Part shown: positions 1 through 9,459 of the stretch, piece by piece | Position numbering within the stretch: position 1 is the first letter of the stretch | Layout of the letters: every line of letters begins with the position of its first letter | Origin: Methanobacteriota archaeon | GTDB lineage: Archaea > Thermoplasmatota > Thermoplasmata > RBG-16-68-12 > JAJISG01 | Assembly (NCBI GenBank): GCA_030594205.1 | Contig: JAUVFR010000005.1 | Location: 2,306 to 66,305, forward strand | Direction of reading: 5' to 3' | DNA: 64,000 nucleotides | The notes under the pieces: model-generated | What the model was told of the DNA's origin: nothing | Databases searched by the model: none | Seen by the model: only the letters and a program-made list of their open reading frames with translations | Program-made: the position numbers and the translations under genes

Positions 1-192
1 CACCGTCACGAAATCCTCGGACGCGATCTGGTAGCTGCGGTCCCACCAAAGCCGGGCCAACGCGCCCTGCCCCAGGCCGAGGCCATTCCGGTCGATGATG
101 GCCCCCATCACGTCCGGAACCGCCACGCCCTCCGCCTGGAACAGCGTGCCGAAGGCGTCGAACGTGATGAGGCGAGGGCGGCGCAGGGTCAC
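1..192 (-). CDS. HAD-superfamily hydrolase, N-terminal part (gene continues past window start)
   Basis: Reverse-strand translation from GTG at 192 gives VTLRRPRLITFDAFGTLF..., the HAD motif I (DxxGTLF-like). It sits directly downstream of the 194..1204 gene on the same strand. Truncated by the window edge. Confidence 0.5.
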   Translation of the reverse strand, partial: MTLRRPRLITFDAFGTLFQAEGVAVPDVMGAIIDRNGLGLGQGALARLWWDRSYQIASEDFVTV

Positions 193-193
193 C

Positions 194-1204
194 TCAGGTC
201 TCCTTGGCCATCTCCTGGATGCGGGGAATGACCTCTTGGGCAAAGAGCTCCAGCGGCTGGATCTCCCAAGCGTCCGGGAAGTAGATCACGAAGTATGTCA
301 CGCCTACCTCCAGGAACCGTCCGAGGGACGCGGCGATTCCCTCAGGATCCCCGACCAGGGTCCGGGCCTCATACTCCTCCACGCTCTGTCGCAGCCGTTT
401 CGCGAATCCCTCGGCCTTGCCCTGCGCCCCGGCGTGCTCCTCCGCCACCACGACGCTCCGGTTGTGGCTTCGCTCCACCTCGGCCGGATCGCGTCCGATG
501 GCACGACAGTGCTCGTCTAGGATCTGGGATTTCCGAGCGAAGGTGGCGGGATCCCCGAAGAAGTTGGAGCGGTCGGCCCACTTGGCCACCGAGCGCAGCG
601 TCAGCTGCTCCCCGCCGCCGCCAATGGTGATGGGTGGTCGAGGTTCCTGGACCGGCTTGGGGTCGCAGAACGCACCGGTAAGTTGGTAGTACTTCCCGTC
701 AAACTCGACTTGCTCCTCGCTCCAGCAACGACGGACAATCTGGACCGCCTCGTCCATCATCCCAATGCGGACTGCCGGGGTGGGGAACTCGTACCCGTAT
801 CCGCGGTATTCGTGCTCATACCAACCCGCGCCAAGCCCGAACTCCAGTCGGCCCTTGGAGAGCACATCGACACAGGCCGCCATCTTGGCCAGCAACGTCG
901 GATTCCGGTAGCTGTTGGCCGTGACCATCTGGCCAACGCGCAGTCGGTGGGTGACCGCCGCGATGGCCGTCGTCATGGTCCAACACTCGAAGACGGGAAC
1001 CGGGCCCGGGAAGGGAACGGGGTGGAAGTGGTCGTAGAACCAACCCGAGGTGTAGCCGAGGCGCTCGAGGGCCCGGGCGGTCTCGACGATGAGATCGTAC
1101 CGCTCCTCCGGCGCCGCCTCCTCGGGCAGGTCGTAGATCCACCCCTGGGGAATCATGGCCCCAAAGGTGATATCCGCCATGGCCGGACAACGGAGGCTCC
1201 GCAT
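194..1204 (-). CDS. LLM-class (luciferase-like) flavin/F420-dependent oxidoreductase
   Basis: 336-aa ORF with TIM-barrel LLM family features (…GRLEFGLGAGW…, …YFVIYFPDA…). The true start may be the internal MADITFG (~1180). Confidence 0.7.
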   Translation of the reverse strand: MRSLRCPAMADITFGAMIPQGWIYDLPEEAAPEERYDLIVETARALERLGYTSGWFYDHFHPVPFPGPVPVFECWTMTTAIAAVTHRLRVGQMVTANSYRNPTLLAKMAACVDVLSKGRLEFGLGAGWYEHEYRGYGYEFPTPAVRIGMMDEAVQIVRRCWSEEQVEFDGKYYQLTGAFCDPKPVQEPRPPITIGGGGEQLTLRSVAKWADRSNFFGDPATFARKSQILDEHCRAIGRDPAEVERSHNRSVVVAEEHAGAQGKAEGFAKRLRQSVEEYEARTLVGDPEGIAASLGRFLEVGVTYFVIYFPDAWEIQPLELFAQEVIPRIQEMAKET

Positions 1205-1240
1205 AAGCCACTTGGTCCCCAGGGCTTGGGGGTGTTGCCC

Positions 1241-2320
1241 CTACTCTCCCCGCCCCACGATCTCCGAAAGCTCCTCCCGCTGCTCCCGGAGGTTCCAGGG
1301 GTCCTCGGCGTACACGTCCTCAAGGAGGGTCTCCCAGCGGGGGGGCCCGGAGGCTTCCGCCTGCTTGATTGCGGCCGAGATTTCCTGGTCGGCCTTCATC
1401 TGGAGGTCGTCCTCGTGTACCTCGTCCAGGACCCCACGGTTCCGGAGGTAGATCCGGAGACGGTCGAGGGGGTCCTTGGCCCGCCACTTCTTCACCTCCT
1501 CCTCGTCACGGTACCGGCTCGGGTCGTCGGCGGTGGAGTGGGCCCCGATCCGGTAGGTAACCGCCTCAATGAAGGTGGGACCCTTCCCCGCGCGCGCAAG
1601 GTCCACCGCCCGCTTCGTGGCCGCATACACCGCGAACACGTCGTTGCCGTCGACCCGGATTCCCGGGAAGCCGTAGGCCTTGGCTTTGATGTGAAGGGTC
1701 TTGGAGGCGGTCTGAGCCGAGACGGGTACGGAGATGGCCCAGTGGTTGTTCTGGCATAGGAAGACCATGGGGGGCTGGAATACCCCCGCGAAGTTCATGG
1801 CGACATGGAAGTCGGAGGTGGAGGTCCCGCCGTCCCCCACGTAGCCCATCACCACCGCCTCGTCCCCCCGATACTTGGCGGCCATCGCGGTTCCCACGGC
1901 CTGAGGGAGCTGGTTCCCGACGCAGCTTGACCAGGACACGATGTTGGCCCCGCGGTAGGCATAGTGGCATGGCTGCATGTGACCCTTGAGGATGTCGTCG
2001 CTGCTCCCCATGAGCTGGGCGAGATACTTGGTGAGGGGGTACCCCCGGAGGAGGGCGGCGCCACCCTGCCGGAGGGCCGGATAGATCCAGTCCTGGTCCT
2101 GGAGGGCGAAGGCACTGCCGATCACGGACGCTTCCTCTCCGGTTGTCGTTCCGTAGAAGGCGATCCGCCCCTGGCGCTGTAACGCCATCATTCGGTCGTC
2201 CAGCAGCCGAAGCTGCAGCATGTGGCGGTAGAGGGTGCGAAGGTTCTCGTTGGTGAGGCTGGGGGTCCTCCCCTTGACGGCCCCCGAGGGGGTGAGAATT
2301 TGGAAGGGTTCCTTGGCCAA
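1241..2320 (-). CDS. 2-oxoacid (branched-chain/pyruvate) dehydrogenase E1 component alpha subunit, TPP-dependent
   Basis: 359 aa with typical E1-alpha motifs (YRHMLQLRLLDDRMMALQRQGRI.FY, GDGGTSTSDFH…). No E1-beta follows it. Confidence 0.85.
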   Translation of the reverse strand: MAKEPFQILTPSGAVKGRTPSLTNENLRTLYRHMLQLRLLDDRMMALQRQGRIAFYGTTTGEEASVIGSAFALQDQDWIYPALRQGGAALLRGYPLTKYLAQLMGSSDDILKGHMQPCHYAYRGANIVSWSSCVGNQLPQAVGTAMAAKYRGDEAVVMGYVGDGGTSTSDFHVAMNFAGVFQPPMVFLCQNNHWAISVPVSAQTASKTLHIKAKAYGFPGIRVDGNDVFAVYAATKRAVDLARAGKGPTFIEAVTYRIGAHSTADDPSRYRDEEEVKKWRAKDPLDRLRIYLRNRGVLDEVHEDDLQMKADQEISAAIKQAEASGPPRWETLLEDVYAEDPWNLREQREELSEIVGRGE

Positions 2321-2386
2321 GGGACTCTCGGGCGCGCTAGGTCCCCTCGGCGCTTAAAGGTTGCGCGGTCGGTCCTCCGCCAAGGA

Positions 2387-4036
2387 ATGGCGGAAAGTAG
2401 AATATGGCCGGAGCCGGATGGTGAATCGATGCCGGCCTGGAGCCGACCACACACGCCCCTGAAGGCCCTCGTCGAGGTGGCCAGGGCTCTCGCGGCGACG
2501 CGGAGCCGACTCAAGAAGCGGGAGATTTTGGTGGAGTTCCTCTCCGGCGTGAAGGACATCGAGGTGGCCCCGGCGGTTCTCCTCCTCACGGGACGCGTCC
2601 TCCCGGAGTCGCAGGATCGGACGCTGAACCTGGGCTGGGTGACGGTGAGTCGAGCCCTGGAGGCCTCTGGCCAGGCCACCCTGTTGGCCGAGGAGCTGAG
2701 CATCCTGCGGGTATACGGCGCTTTCCAAGAGATCGCTCGGGTGCAGGGCAAGGACTCTGTCAAGAAGAGGCAGGGGCTGTTGCAGGCCCTCCTCGCACAG
2801 GCCTCAGACGCAGAGAAGGACCTTCTTCTCCGGGCCATCAGCCGGGAGATGCGCATCGGGGTCAATGAGGGAATCCTGTTGCAGGCGCTGGCCGACGCAT
2901 CGGGCGCGGACCTGTCCGTCGTCCGACGGGCGAACATGTTCCTGGGCGATCTGGGGCAGACGGCCCACCTTGCCCTCACGGACGGCGCGGACGCCCTCGC
3001 GGCCCAAGAGCTACGCCTCTTCACCCCCGTCAAGCTCATGATGGCCGAGGTGGCCGAGGACCTCGAGGAGGTCCTGCGGGAGCATACGGACGGGACGGCG
3101 CTGGAGTTCAAGCTCGACGGCGCCCGCATCCAGATTCACCGAAAGGGGGCCGCGATTCGTGTGTTCTCCCGCCGCCTCACGGACGTGACGGAGAGCCTGC
3201 CGGAAGTGGTGTCCTGGACGCAGACCTTTCGGGGCGAGGACCTCCTTGTCGAGGGCGAGGTGGTGGCGCTGGGAGAGGGCGATCGCCCGCTCCCTTTCCA
3301 GGACCTCATGCGACGGTTCCGGCGGGTTCACGACGTGGAAGACCTGGTGAAGCGGATCCCCCTCCGGCTGTACGTGTTCGATGCCTTGGTGTTGAGCGGA
3401 ACCCTCCTCATCGACGACCCGTACGAACGGCGCTGGGAACGGCTTGCCGAGGCCGTTCCTAAGGCGTTCCTCGTCCCGCGTCTCGTCCGTCCAACTCTCG
3501 ACGACGGGCAGGCCTTCTTCGAGGAGGCCCTGGATGCGGGCCACGAGGGGTTGGTGGCCAAGGATCTCCAGAGCCCCTACACCCCCGGGAAGCGGGGCAA
3601 GCGGTGGCTCAAGGTCAAGCCCTCGGACACCCTCGACGTCGCGATCCTCGCTGCAGAGTGGGGCCACGGCCGCCGCCAGGGGTGGCTAAGCAACTACCAT
3701 CTCGGTGTGCGAGAGGAGACAGGTGGCTTCGCGATGATTGGAAAGACCTTCAAGGGGCTGACGGACCAGGAATTCCAGGAGATGACCGACCGACTTCTCG
3801 AGCTCAAGGTACAGGAGAATCGCTACGTGGTGACCGTGAAGCCACGCATCGTGGTGGAGGTCGCGTACAACGAGATTCAGCGGAGCTCACACTATAAGGC
3901 GGGGTACGCCCTTCGTTTCGCTCGCATCACTCGCGTCCGAGACGACAAATCCTGGGAGGACGTCGACACCCTCCCCGGCCTCGAGGCGCGGTACCAGAAG
4001 CAGTTCGAGCGCAAGGGCAAGTTGCGGGACACGTAA
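2387..4036 (+). CDS. lig: ATP-dependent DNA ligase
   Basis: KxDG adenylation motif (EFKLDGARIQIH), and motif V/VI plus OB-fold (EGLVAKDLQSPYTPGKRGKRWLKVKP). The ORF-track start 2222 overlaps the divergent E1-alpha gene; the internal ATG at 2387 (MAESRIW…) restores a divergent intergenic region. Confidence 0.9.
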   Translation: MAESRIWPEPDGESMPAWSRPHTPLKALVEVARALAATRSRLKKREILVEFLSGVKDIEVAPAVLLLTGRVLPESQDRTLNLGWVTVSRALEASGQATLLAEELSILRVYGAFQEIARVQGKDSVKKRQGLLQALLAQASDAEKDLLLRAISREMRIGVNEGILLQALADASGADLSVVRRANMFLGDLGQTAHLALTDGADALAAQELRLFTPVKLMMAEVAEDLEEVLREHTDGTALEFKLDGARIQIHRKGAAIRVFSRRLTDVTESLPEVVSWTQTFRGEDLLVEGEVVALGEGDRPLPFQDLMRRFRRVHDVEDLVKRIPLRLYVFDALVLSGTLLIDDPYERRWERLAEAVPKAFLVPRLVRPTLDDGQAFFEEALDAGHEGLVAKDLQSPYTPGKRGKRWLKVKPSDTLDVAILAAEWGHGRRQGWLSNYHLGVREETGGFAMIGKTFKGLTDQEFQEMTDRLLELKVQENRYVVTVKPRIVVEVAYNEIQRSSHYKAGYALRFARITRVRDDKSWEDVDTLPGLEARYQKQFERKGKLRDT

Positions 4037-4070
4037 TTGGAACGCCCCGCGGGACGAGAAGGAGGACTGG

Positions 4071-5501
4071 ATGGACGAGACGCCAGGGCCTCCCGCACGT
4101 GGCCCACCGGGGATGCCCCAAGGAGTCCAGACCCTCCTGGGTGACCCGAAGCGCGCCATCATCCGCCTTGCTCTCCCCATGATCGCGGCCTTCTCGCTGC
4201 AGACGATCTACAACTTCGTCGACGCGATCTGGGTCGCGGGCCTGGGGCCCGGCGCCCTGGCCGCGGTCGGGTTCTTCTTCCCCTTCTACTTCATCGCGTT
4301 GGCTATCGGTCTCGGCATTGGCACAGGCGGCGGGGCCGCGATCTCGAGACGAATCGGGGCCCGAGACCGCGAGGGCGCGGGTCGGGTGGGATCGCACACC
4401 TTCATTCTCATGCTTCTTTCCTCCACCGCCCTGGCCATCCCCTTCTTCATCCTCGCGGAGCCCCTCTTCCAGGCAATCGGCGCAGGCGGGACTACCGGAC
4501 TCGTGGTCGCATACGGGCAGATCCTCTTCGCGGCCACGCCCATTATCTTCCTTACCAGCGTCGGGAATGCGATCCTCCGGGCGGAGGGGGACGCTCGGCG
4601 AGCCATGTACGCCATGGCGTTCGGCGCGGTGTTGAACATCGTCTTGGATCCGATTTTCATCTATACCCTCGGTCTCGGTGTCGCGGGGGCGGCGTGGGCA
4701 ACGGTCGTGAGCCTCGCTGCCACGTCCATCCTCATGGTTAACTGGCTCTTCCGCCGCAGGGACACCTACGTTCGCTTTGCCTTCCGAGGCTTTCGATTCG
4801 AGGGGGCCATCCTTCGGGACATCCTCCGTGTCGGGCTCCCCGCATCGGTCATGTTCCTGACCATGTCCTTTGCCATCCTCACGCTGAATCTCATTGTGGT
4901 GTCCGTCGATGGCACGGACGGGGTGGCCGTCATGACCGCCGGCTGGCGCGTTCTCACCCTCGCCCACCTTCCCGTCTTCGGGTTGAGCACGGCCGTCGTG
5001 TCGGTGATCGGTGCGAGCTACGGCGCCCGCGCCTATGGGAAGCTGAAGACCGCCTACCTCTACGGGATCCGCTTAGGGCTGTACATGGAGATCCCGGCGG
5101 CAGTCGCCATCTTCTTCCTCGCAGGACCCCTCGCGGGGCTCTTCACCTGGTCGGCAGCCTCGGCCGGCATCACCACGGACATCATCGGCTTTCTCCTGAT
5201 CACCGCCCCCTCGATCCCCTTTATGGCGATCGCCGTCCCCACCTCCACCATGTTCCAGGGGACCGGCCGGGGCAGCAGCGCGCTTATCGTGACCCTCTTT
5301 CGGACCGTGATCCTGATGCCGCCCCTCGCCTACCTATTCGCGGCGTCCCTTGGCCTCGGGCTGACGGGAGTCTGGTGGGGCATCCTGGCCGCCACCACGC
5401 TGGGAGCGGCGGTCGCCTTCATCTGGGGTCGGGCGTACGTCAACACCCTCATCGCCGCAGAGGTTACCCGGACCGAGGAGGGCCCCGCGAAGGCCTCGTA
5501 A
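4071..5501 (+). CDS. MATE-family multidrug/oligosaccharide efflux transporter
   Basis: 476 aa with 12 predicted TM helices and the MATE N-terminus (RLALPMIAAFSLQTIYNFVDAIWVAGLG). Confidence 0.85.
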   Translation: MDETPGPPARGPPGMPQGVQTLLGDPKRAIIRLALPMIAAFSLQTIYNFVDAIWVAGLGPGALAAVGFFFPFYFIALAIGLGIGTGGGAAISRRIGARDREGAGRVGSHTFILMLLSSTALAIPFFILAEPLFQAIGAGGTTGLVVAYGQILFAATPIIFLTSVGNAILRAEGDARRAMYAMAFGAVLNIVLDPIFIYTLGLGVAGAAWATVVSLAATSILMVNWLFRRRDTYVRFAFRGFRFEGAILRDILRVGLPASVMFLTMSFAILTLNLIVVSVDGTDGVAVMTAGWRVLTLAHLPVFGLSTAVVSVIGASYGARAYGKLKTAYLYGIRLGLYMEIPAAVAIFFLAGPLAGLFTWSAASAGITTDIIGFLLITAPSIPFMAIAVPTSTMFQGTGRGSSALIVTLFRTVILMPPLAYLFAASLGLGLTGVWWGILAATTLGAAVAFIWGRAYVNTLIAAEVTRTEEGPAKAS

Positions 5502-5602
5502 CGCCCGAGGGAAAATCCTTTTACTGCGGCCCGCGTGAAATCACGCGATTCCCATGGAGCCGAGAGCCATATGGTCTGGGGCCATCTAGTTCGGCCTCGT
5601 GA

Positions 5603-6166
5603 ACATTCCCATCAGGCCTTACGTGGCCACCATGCGGAAGAGCGTGTCCTTCCGCAGCCTCCATCCGGAGCACCGGCGTCGCCCTCTTCGAGGTGGCCAA
5701 GGAGCGGGGTCTCGAGGGCATCATGGCGAAGAAGTTGGGGACCCCCTACGGGCCGGGTAAGCGCGTGGACCATTGGCTGAAGATCAAAACCTGCGTGCCT
5801 CAGAACGACGTCGTCGCCGGCCTCACCCTGGGCACCGGATGGCGGGAACCGTACTTCGGCGCCCTCATCCTCGGCGCGCACTGGGGAAACGAGCTCCGGT
5901 TCATCGGCCGTGTAGGGACGGGATTCGACCAGGCGAAGTTGGAGGAGATCGAGGCCCTGGCCCGCGCCTGCAAGGGGCCCAATCCCTTCCCGGACGAGCC
6001 GAAGGGCGAATCGGTGAAGTACTGGATGCAACCGGCGATGGTGGCCGAGGTCAAGTACCTGGAGTTCACCTCGGAGGGGAAGCCGCGGGCCCCCGTGTTC
6101 CTTCGCCTGCGTCCCGATCTGAAGCCGGCCGACTGCGTACTCCCAGACGACTACACGGGGAATTAG
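5603..6166 (+). pseudogene. Remnant of a LigD-like ATP-dependent DNA ligase (motif V/VI plus OB domain only)
   Basis: In-frame translation after the stop at 5600 gives …STGVALFEVAKERGLEGIMAKKLGTPYGPGKRVDHWLKIK…RAPVFLRLRPDLKPADC. That is the C-terminal third of a bacterial-type ligase domain. No adenylation domain or start codon lies upstream, because the MATE gene ends at 5501. Confidence 0.5.
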
Positions 6167-6204
6167 TTAATAGCGGCGCCGGATTGGTTCGCCCGAGGGA
6201 GGCG

Positions 6205-7074
6205 ATGCAGGTCGAGGACGTGCAACGGGTCTGTGTCTTGGGTGCGGGGACCATGGGCGCGGGAATCGCCCAGACGTGCAGCGTAGCGGGGTTCTCCGTC
6301 GCCATGCGGGACCTCACCGAGGAGTTTGTGGAGGGGGGCTTTCAACGGATGCGGGACCCCCTCGAGAAGCGGGTGGCCCGAGGAAAGATGACCCAAGAGG
6401 AGGTGGAGGCCATCCTCGGAAGGATCGAGGGGTTCACGTCCCTCGAGGAGGCCCTCAAGGGGGCCGACGTTGTCATCGAGGCCGTGTTTGAAGAGATGGG
6501 AATCAAGAAGGAATTGTACGGGGAGTTGGACCGCCTGACCCCCGATGAGGTGATCTTCGCCTCAAACACCTCCTCCCTGAGCATCACCGAAATGGCCGCC
6601 GTGACGGGTCGCTCGGACCGGTTCGTGGGGATGCACTTCTTCAACCCTGCCCCGGTGATGAAGCTCGTCGAGGTGATTCGGGGGTCGGAGACCTCCGACG
6701 AGACCGTCCAACTCGCCATGGAGCTGTCTCGAAAGCTCGGGAAGGAGCCCGTGGAGGTGAAGGAGTCCGCCGGATTCGTGGTCAACCGCCTCTTGGTCCC
6801 GATGCTGAATGAAGCGTTCAATCTCCTCTTGGAGAACGTGGCCTCGCCGGAGGACATCGACAAGGCTATGAAGCTGGGCACGAACATGCCCATGGGCCCC
6901 TTCGAACTCGCGGATTTCACCGGACTGGACGTGGGCCTCGCCGTCATGGAGGTCCTTCATCGGGAATCGGGGGACCCGAAGTTCCGTCCCAGCCCCCTCC
7001 TCCGCCAATTGGTGCGGGCGGGGCGGTTGGGCCGCAAGACGGGACGGGGTGTGTACGACTACGGGGGCGGGTAG
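6205..7074 (+). CDS. hbd: 3-hydroxyacyl-CoA / 3-hydroxybutyryl-CoA dehydrogenase
   Basis: Begins MQVEDVQRVCVLGAGTMGAGIAQ (Rossmann NAD-binding), then FFNPAPVMKLVEV and a C-terminal dimerisation domain. The ORF-track N-terminal extension (5773) overlaps the ligase remnant and is discarded. Confidence 0.85.
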   Translation: MQVEDVQRVCVLGAGTMGAGIAQTCSVAGFSVAMRDLTEEFVEGGFQRMRDPLEKRVARGKMTQEEVEAILGRIEGFTSLEEALKGADVVIEAVFEEMGIKKELYGELDRLTPDEVIFASNTSSLSITEMAAVTGRSDRFVGMHFFNPAPVMKLVEVIRGSETSDETVQLAMELSRKLGKEPVEVKESAGFVVNRLLVPMLNEAFNLLLENVASPEDIDKAMKLGTNMPMGPFELADFTGLDVGLAVMEVLHRESGDPKFRPSPLLRQLVRAGRLGRKTGRGVYDYGGG

Positions 7075-7855
7075 GACGCCCTCCCACATCCGCCTGAATG
7101 AGGACGAGGGCATCGCCATCGTGACCTTGGATCGCCCCGAGGCGCTGAACGCCCTCAGCTCCGAGATGCTTCATGAGCTACGGGAGGTCCTCCAGGAGGT
7201 CGCACGGCGCGAGGACCTGCAGGTAGTGATTCTGACGGGGGCGGGAGATCGAGCCTTCGCGGCGGGCGCCGACATCCAGGAGATGGGGAAACTGGGGCCC
7301 TTGGAAACCGAGAGGTACGCCACCCTCGGCCACGAAGTCGCTCGTCTCCTGGAACGCATGGGCAAACCGGTCATCGCCGCCCTGAACGGCTACACCCTGG
7401 GGGGCGGGACGGAACTGGCCCTGGCGTGTGACATCCGGCTGGCCTCCGAGACGGCGCAGATCGGGCAGCCGGAGGTCAAGTTGGGCATCCCGCCGGGGTT
7501 CGGCGGCAGCCAACGCCTCACCCGCCTCGTGGGACGCGGACGGGCCTCCGAGCTCATCTTCCTCGGCGAACCCATCGGCGCCGCGGACGCCGAACGCATG
7601 GGCCTCGTGAACCGGGTGGTCGCCCCCGAACGGCTCCTCGACGAGGCGAAGGCGTGGGCCCGCCAGATGCAGGAGCGAGGTCCACTGGCCCTCAAGCTGG
7701 CTAAGGCCGCGATTCACCAGACCCAGGAGACCGGGCTCTCCGCGGGGCTGGACTACGAGATAAAGCTCTTCAGCCTGGCCTTCGCCACCGACGACCGGGA
7801 GGAGGGCCTTCGGGCCTTCCTGGAAAAGCGGAAGCCCGAGTTCAAGGGGGGCTGA
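7049..7855 (+). CDS. Enoyl-CoA hydratase (crotonase family)
   Basis: Crotonase fold motifs (IAIVTLDRPEALNAL, AALNGYTLGGGTELALACDIRLA). The GTG start overlaps the hbd stop, so the exact start is uncertain. Confidence 0.85.
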   Translation: MCTTTGAGRTPSHIRLNEDEGIAIVTLDRPEALNALSSEMLHELREVLQEVARREDLQVVILTGAGDRAFAAGADIQEMGKLGPLETERYATLGHEVARLLERMGKPVIAALNGYTLGGGTELALACDIRLASETAQIGQPEVKLGIPPGFGGSQRLTRLVGRGRASELIFLGEPIGAADAERMGLVNRVVAPERLLDEAKAWARQMQERGPLALKLAKAAIHQTQETGLSAGLDYEIKLFSLAFATDDREEGLRAFLEKRKPEFKGG

Positions 7856-8026
7856 CTAGGCGCTGGATTCGAATTCCTCTTGGAGGTCGATGATGATCTG
7901 TTCGAGGACCTCCTCGAAGGTCGAACTCCGATACTCCCGGACCCCTCCGAGTTCGCTCTGCACCCGGGCGATGTAGGTGCTGGAACTCTTCAGAAACTCC
8001 ACATGGCAGAGGGATTCTTCGACCAT
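7856..8026 (-). CDS. Small acidic hypothetical protein (56 aa)
   Basis: ATG…TAG ORF on the minus strand (MVEESLCHVEFLKSSSTYIARVQSELGGVREYRSSTFEEVLEQIIIDLQEEFESSA) with strongly GC-biased third codon positions. A TATA-like element lies just upstream. Not in the ORF track because it is under 60 aa. Confidence 0.35.
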   Translation of the reverse strand: MVEESLCHVEFLKSSSTYIARVQSELGGVREYRSSTFEEVLEQIIIDLQEEFESSA

Positions 8027-8041
8027 CAGTCCGACGCCCCT

Positions 8042-8091
8042 TTAAATAGGGCTGACCTCCGCCCCACCTGTCAAATGGGAACCCTATTTAA
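8042..8091. repeat. Perfect 10-nt inverted repeat TTAAATAGGG…CCCTATTTAA (30-nt spacer), with a TATA-like box in each arm
   Basis: Read directly from the sequence. It lies between the small minus-strand ORF and the S17e gene. Confidence 0.6.
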
Positions 8092-8240
8092 GCGTTGTTC
8101 TGTGGTTGCCAAAACTCGTACCATTCGGCCCGAAGGTGTCGGATTCTCCGACCGGAACCTCTGCGCCCCCGACCCAGCCAGTAAGCTTTATCTATGGACG
8201 GGAGGTCATCACGACTTGGCTTCCCCCGGAGTGGGCAATA

Positions 8241-8432
8241 TTGGGGAACATCCGACCCACCTACATCAAACGAGTCGCCCTCGAGCTGATTCGGCTCCAT
8301 CCGGATCGATTCAGCGAGGACTTTGAGGCCAACAAACGCACCGTTGACGAGCTGACAGACGTCACCACCTCGACTATGCGGAACCGAATCGCTGGATATG
8401 TCACACGCCTAAAGCGGGTCCAGGGGACGTGA
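8241..8432 (+). CDS. rps17e: 30S ribosomal protein S17e
   Basis: TTG-start product [63 protein letters not shown] matches archaeal S17e (MGNIRQTFIKR…NRIAGY.TRL). The longer ORF-track version (8106) adds a non-homologous N-terminus. Confidence 0.8.
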   Translation: MGNIRPTYIKRVALELIRLHPDRFSEDFEANKRTVDELTDVTTSTMRNRIAGYVTRLKRVQGT

Positions 8433-8463
8433 GCGCTGCGAACCGACGTTTCGGGGCGGTCCC

Positions 8464-9459
8464 GTGAAGGACGCGATCCGGACCAAGGAACTGACGCGGG
8501 TTTTCGGCGGCAAGAAGCGCCGTCTTCGGCCGCGAGACGCGCCCGAGAAGCGGGTGATTGCCCTTGACCGCGTGGACACCCAAGTGGCCGAGGGCGAGCT
8601 CTTCGGGCTCCTGGGGCCCAACGGGGCCGGAAAGACCACCCTGATTAAGATCCTCGCGACCCTCCTCCTGCCCACCTCCGGCTCGGCCACCGTCGCGGGC
8701 TACGACGTCGCGAAGGACCCATACCCCATCCGCCAGCGTATCAACATGGTCTCCGGGGGCGAGACCAGCGGATACGGCCTCCTCACCACGCGGGAAAACA
8801 TCTGGATGTTCTCCCAGTTCTATGGCATCCCCTCCAAGGTGGCGAAGGCGGAAATCGACCGGCTCCTGAAGGAGTTCGAACTCTGGGAGCGCCGCGATGC
8901 CAAGGTGCGGACCCTCTCCACAGGCGAGCGGCAGAAGATGAACATGGTCAGAGGCTTCGTCACGGATCCCGACATCATCTTCCTCGACGAGCCTACCCTC
9001 GGCCTGGACGTGTCGGCCGCTCGGGCTATCCGCCAGTTTATCCGGGGGTGGATTCAGGAGAACCATGCCAAGACCGTCCTTCTCACGACCCACTACATGA
9101 TGGAGGCGGACGAGCTCTGCGACCGCATCGCCATCATCGACAACGGCAGGATCCTGGCCTGCGACACGCCGGAACGCCTCAAGGGAATGGTGAAGCGGGA
9201 AGTCACGGTGAAACTGGAGACGGATCGTCTGAAGGATCCCAAGGCTTTCGACGTCATCGAAGGGGTCCAAAACTACGTGGTCAAGGAGGAGGCGCAGACC
9301 AACCGCACGTCCCTGACCTTCATCCTGGAGGACGATGCGCCCATCGGAGACATCATGTCAGAGGTCCTGAATCAGGGGAGCAAGGTCCAGTCCATGGAGA
9401 AGATCGACCCGACCCTCGAGGAGGTTTTCATCAGCCTGGTCGGGAAGGGGCTGGATTGA
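8464..9459 (+). CDS. ABC transporter ATP-binding protein (ABC-2 type)
   Basis: Walker A GPNGAGKTT, signature LSTGERQKM, Walker B IIFLDEPTLGLD. Confidence 0.85.
   Translation: MKDAIRTKELTRVFGGKKRRLRPRDAPEKRVIALDRVDTQVAEGELFGLLGPNGAGKTTLIKILATLLLPTSGSATVAGYDVAKDPYPIRQRINMVSGGETSGYGLLTTRENIWMFSQFYGIPSKVAKAEIDRLLKEFELWERRDAKVRTLSTGERQKMNMVRGFVTDPDIIFLDEPTLGLDVSAARAIRQFIRGWIQENHAKTVLLTTHYMMEADELCDRIAIIDNGRILACDTPERLKGMVKREVTVKLETDRLKDPKAFDVIEGVQNYVVKEEAQTNRTSLTFILEDDAPIGDIMSEVLNQGSKVQSMEKIDPTLEEVFISLVGKGLD

Noticed and set aside
95-1759. Cluster of overlapping ORFs (95..520 +, 295..630 +, 683..1759 +, etc.) rich in Arg/Pro/Gly
   Set aside because: They are antisense or out of frame relative to the well-supported LLM oxidoreductase and E1-alpha genes. 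Their Arg/Pro-rich, low-complexity translations are typical of spurious ORFs in 65% GC DNA.
5773-6204. N-terminal extension of the hbd ORF
   Set aside because: It overlaps the ligase-remnant reading frame and is Arg/Pro-rich. The Rossmann-fold homology starts at the ATG at 6205.
7880-8326. 148-aa plus-strand ORF upstream of S17e
   Set aside because: No homology. It overlaps the palindromic promoter region and the better-supported small minus-strand ORF. The S17e homology starts only at 8241.
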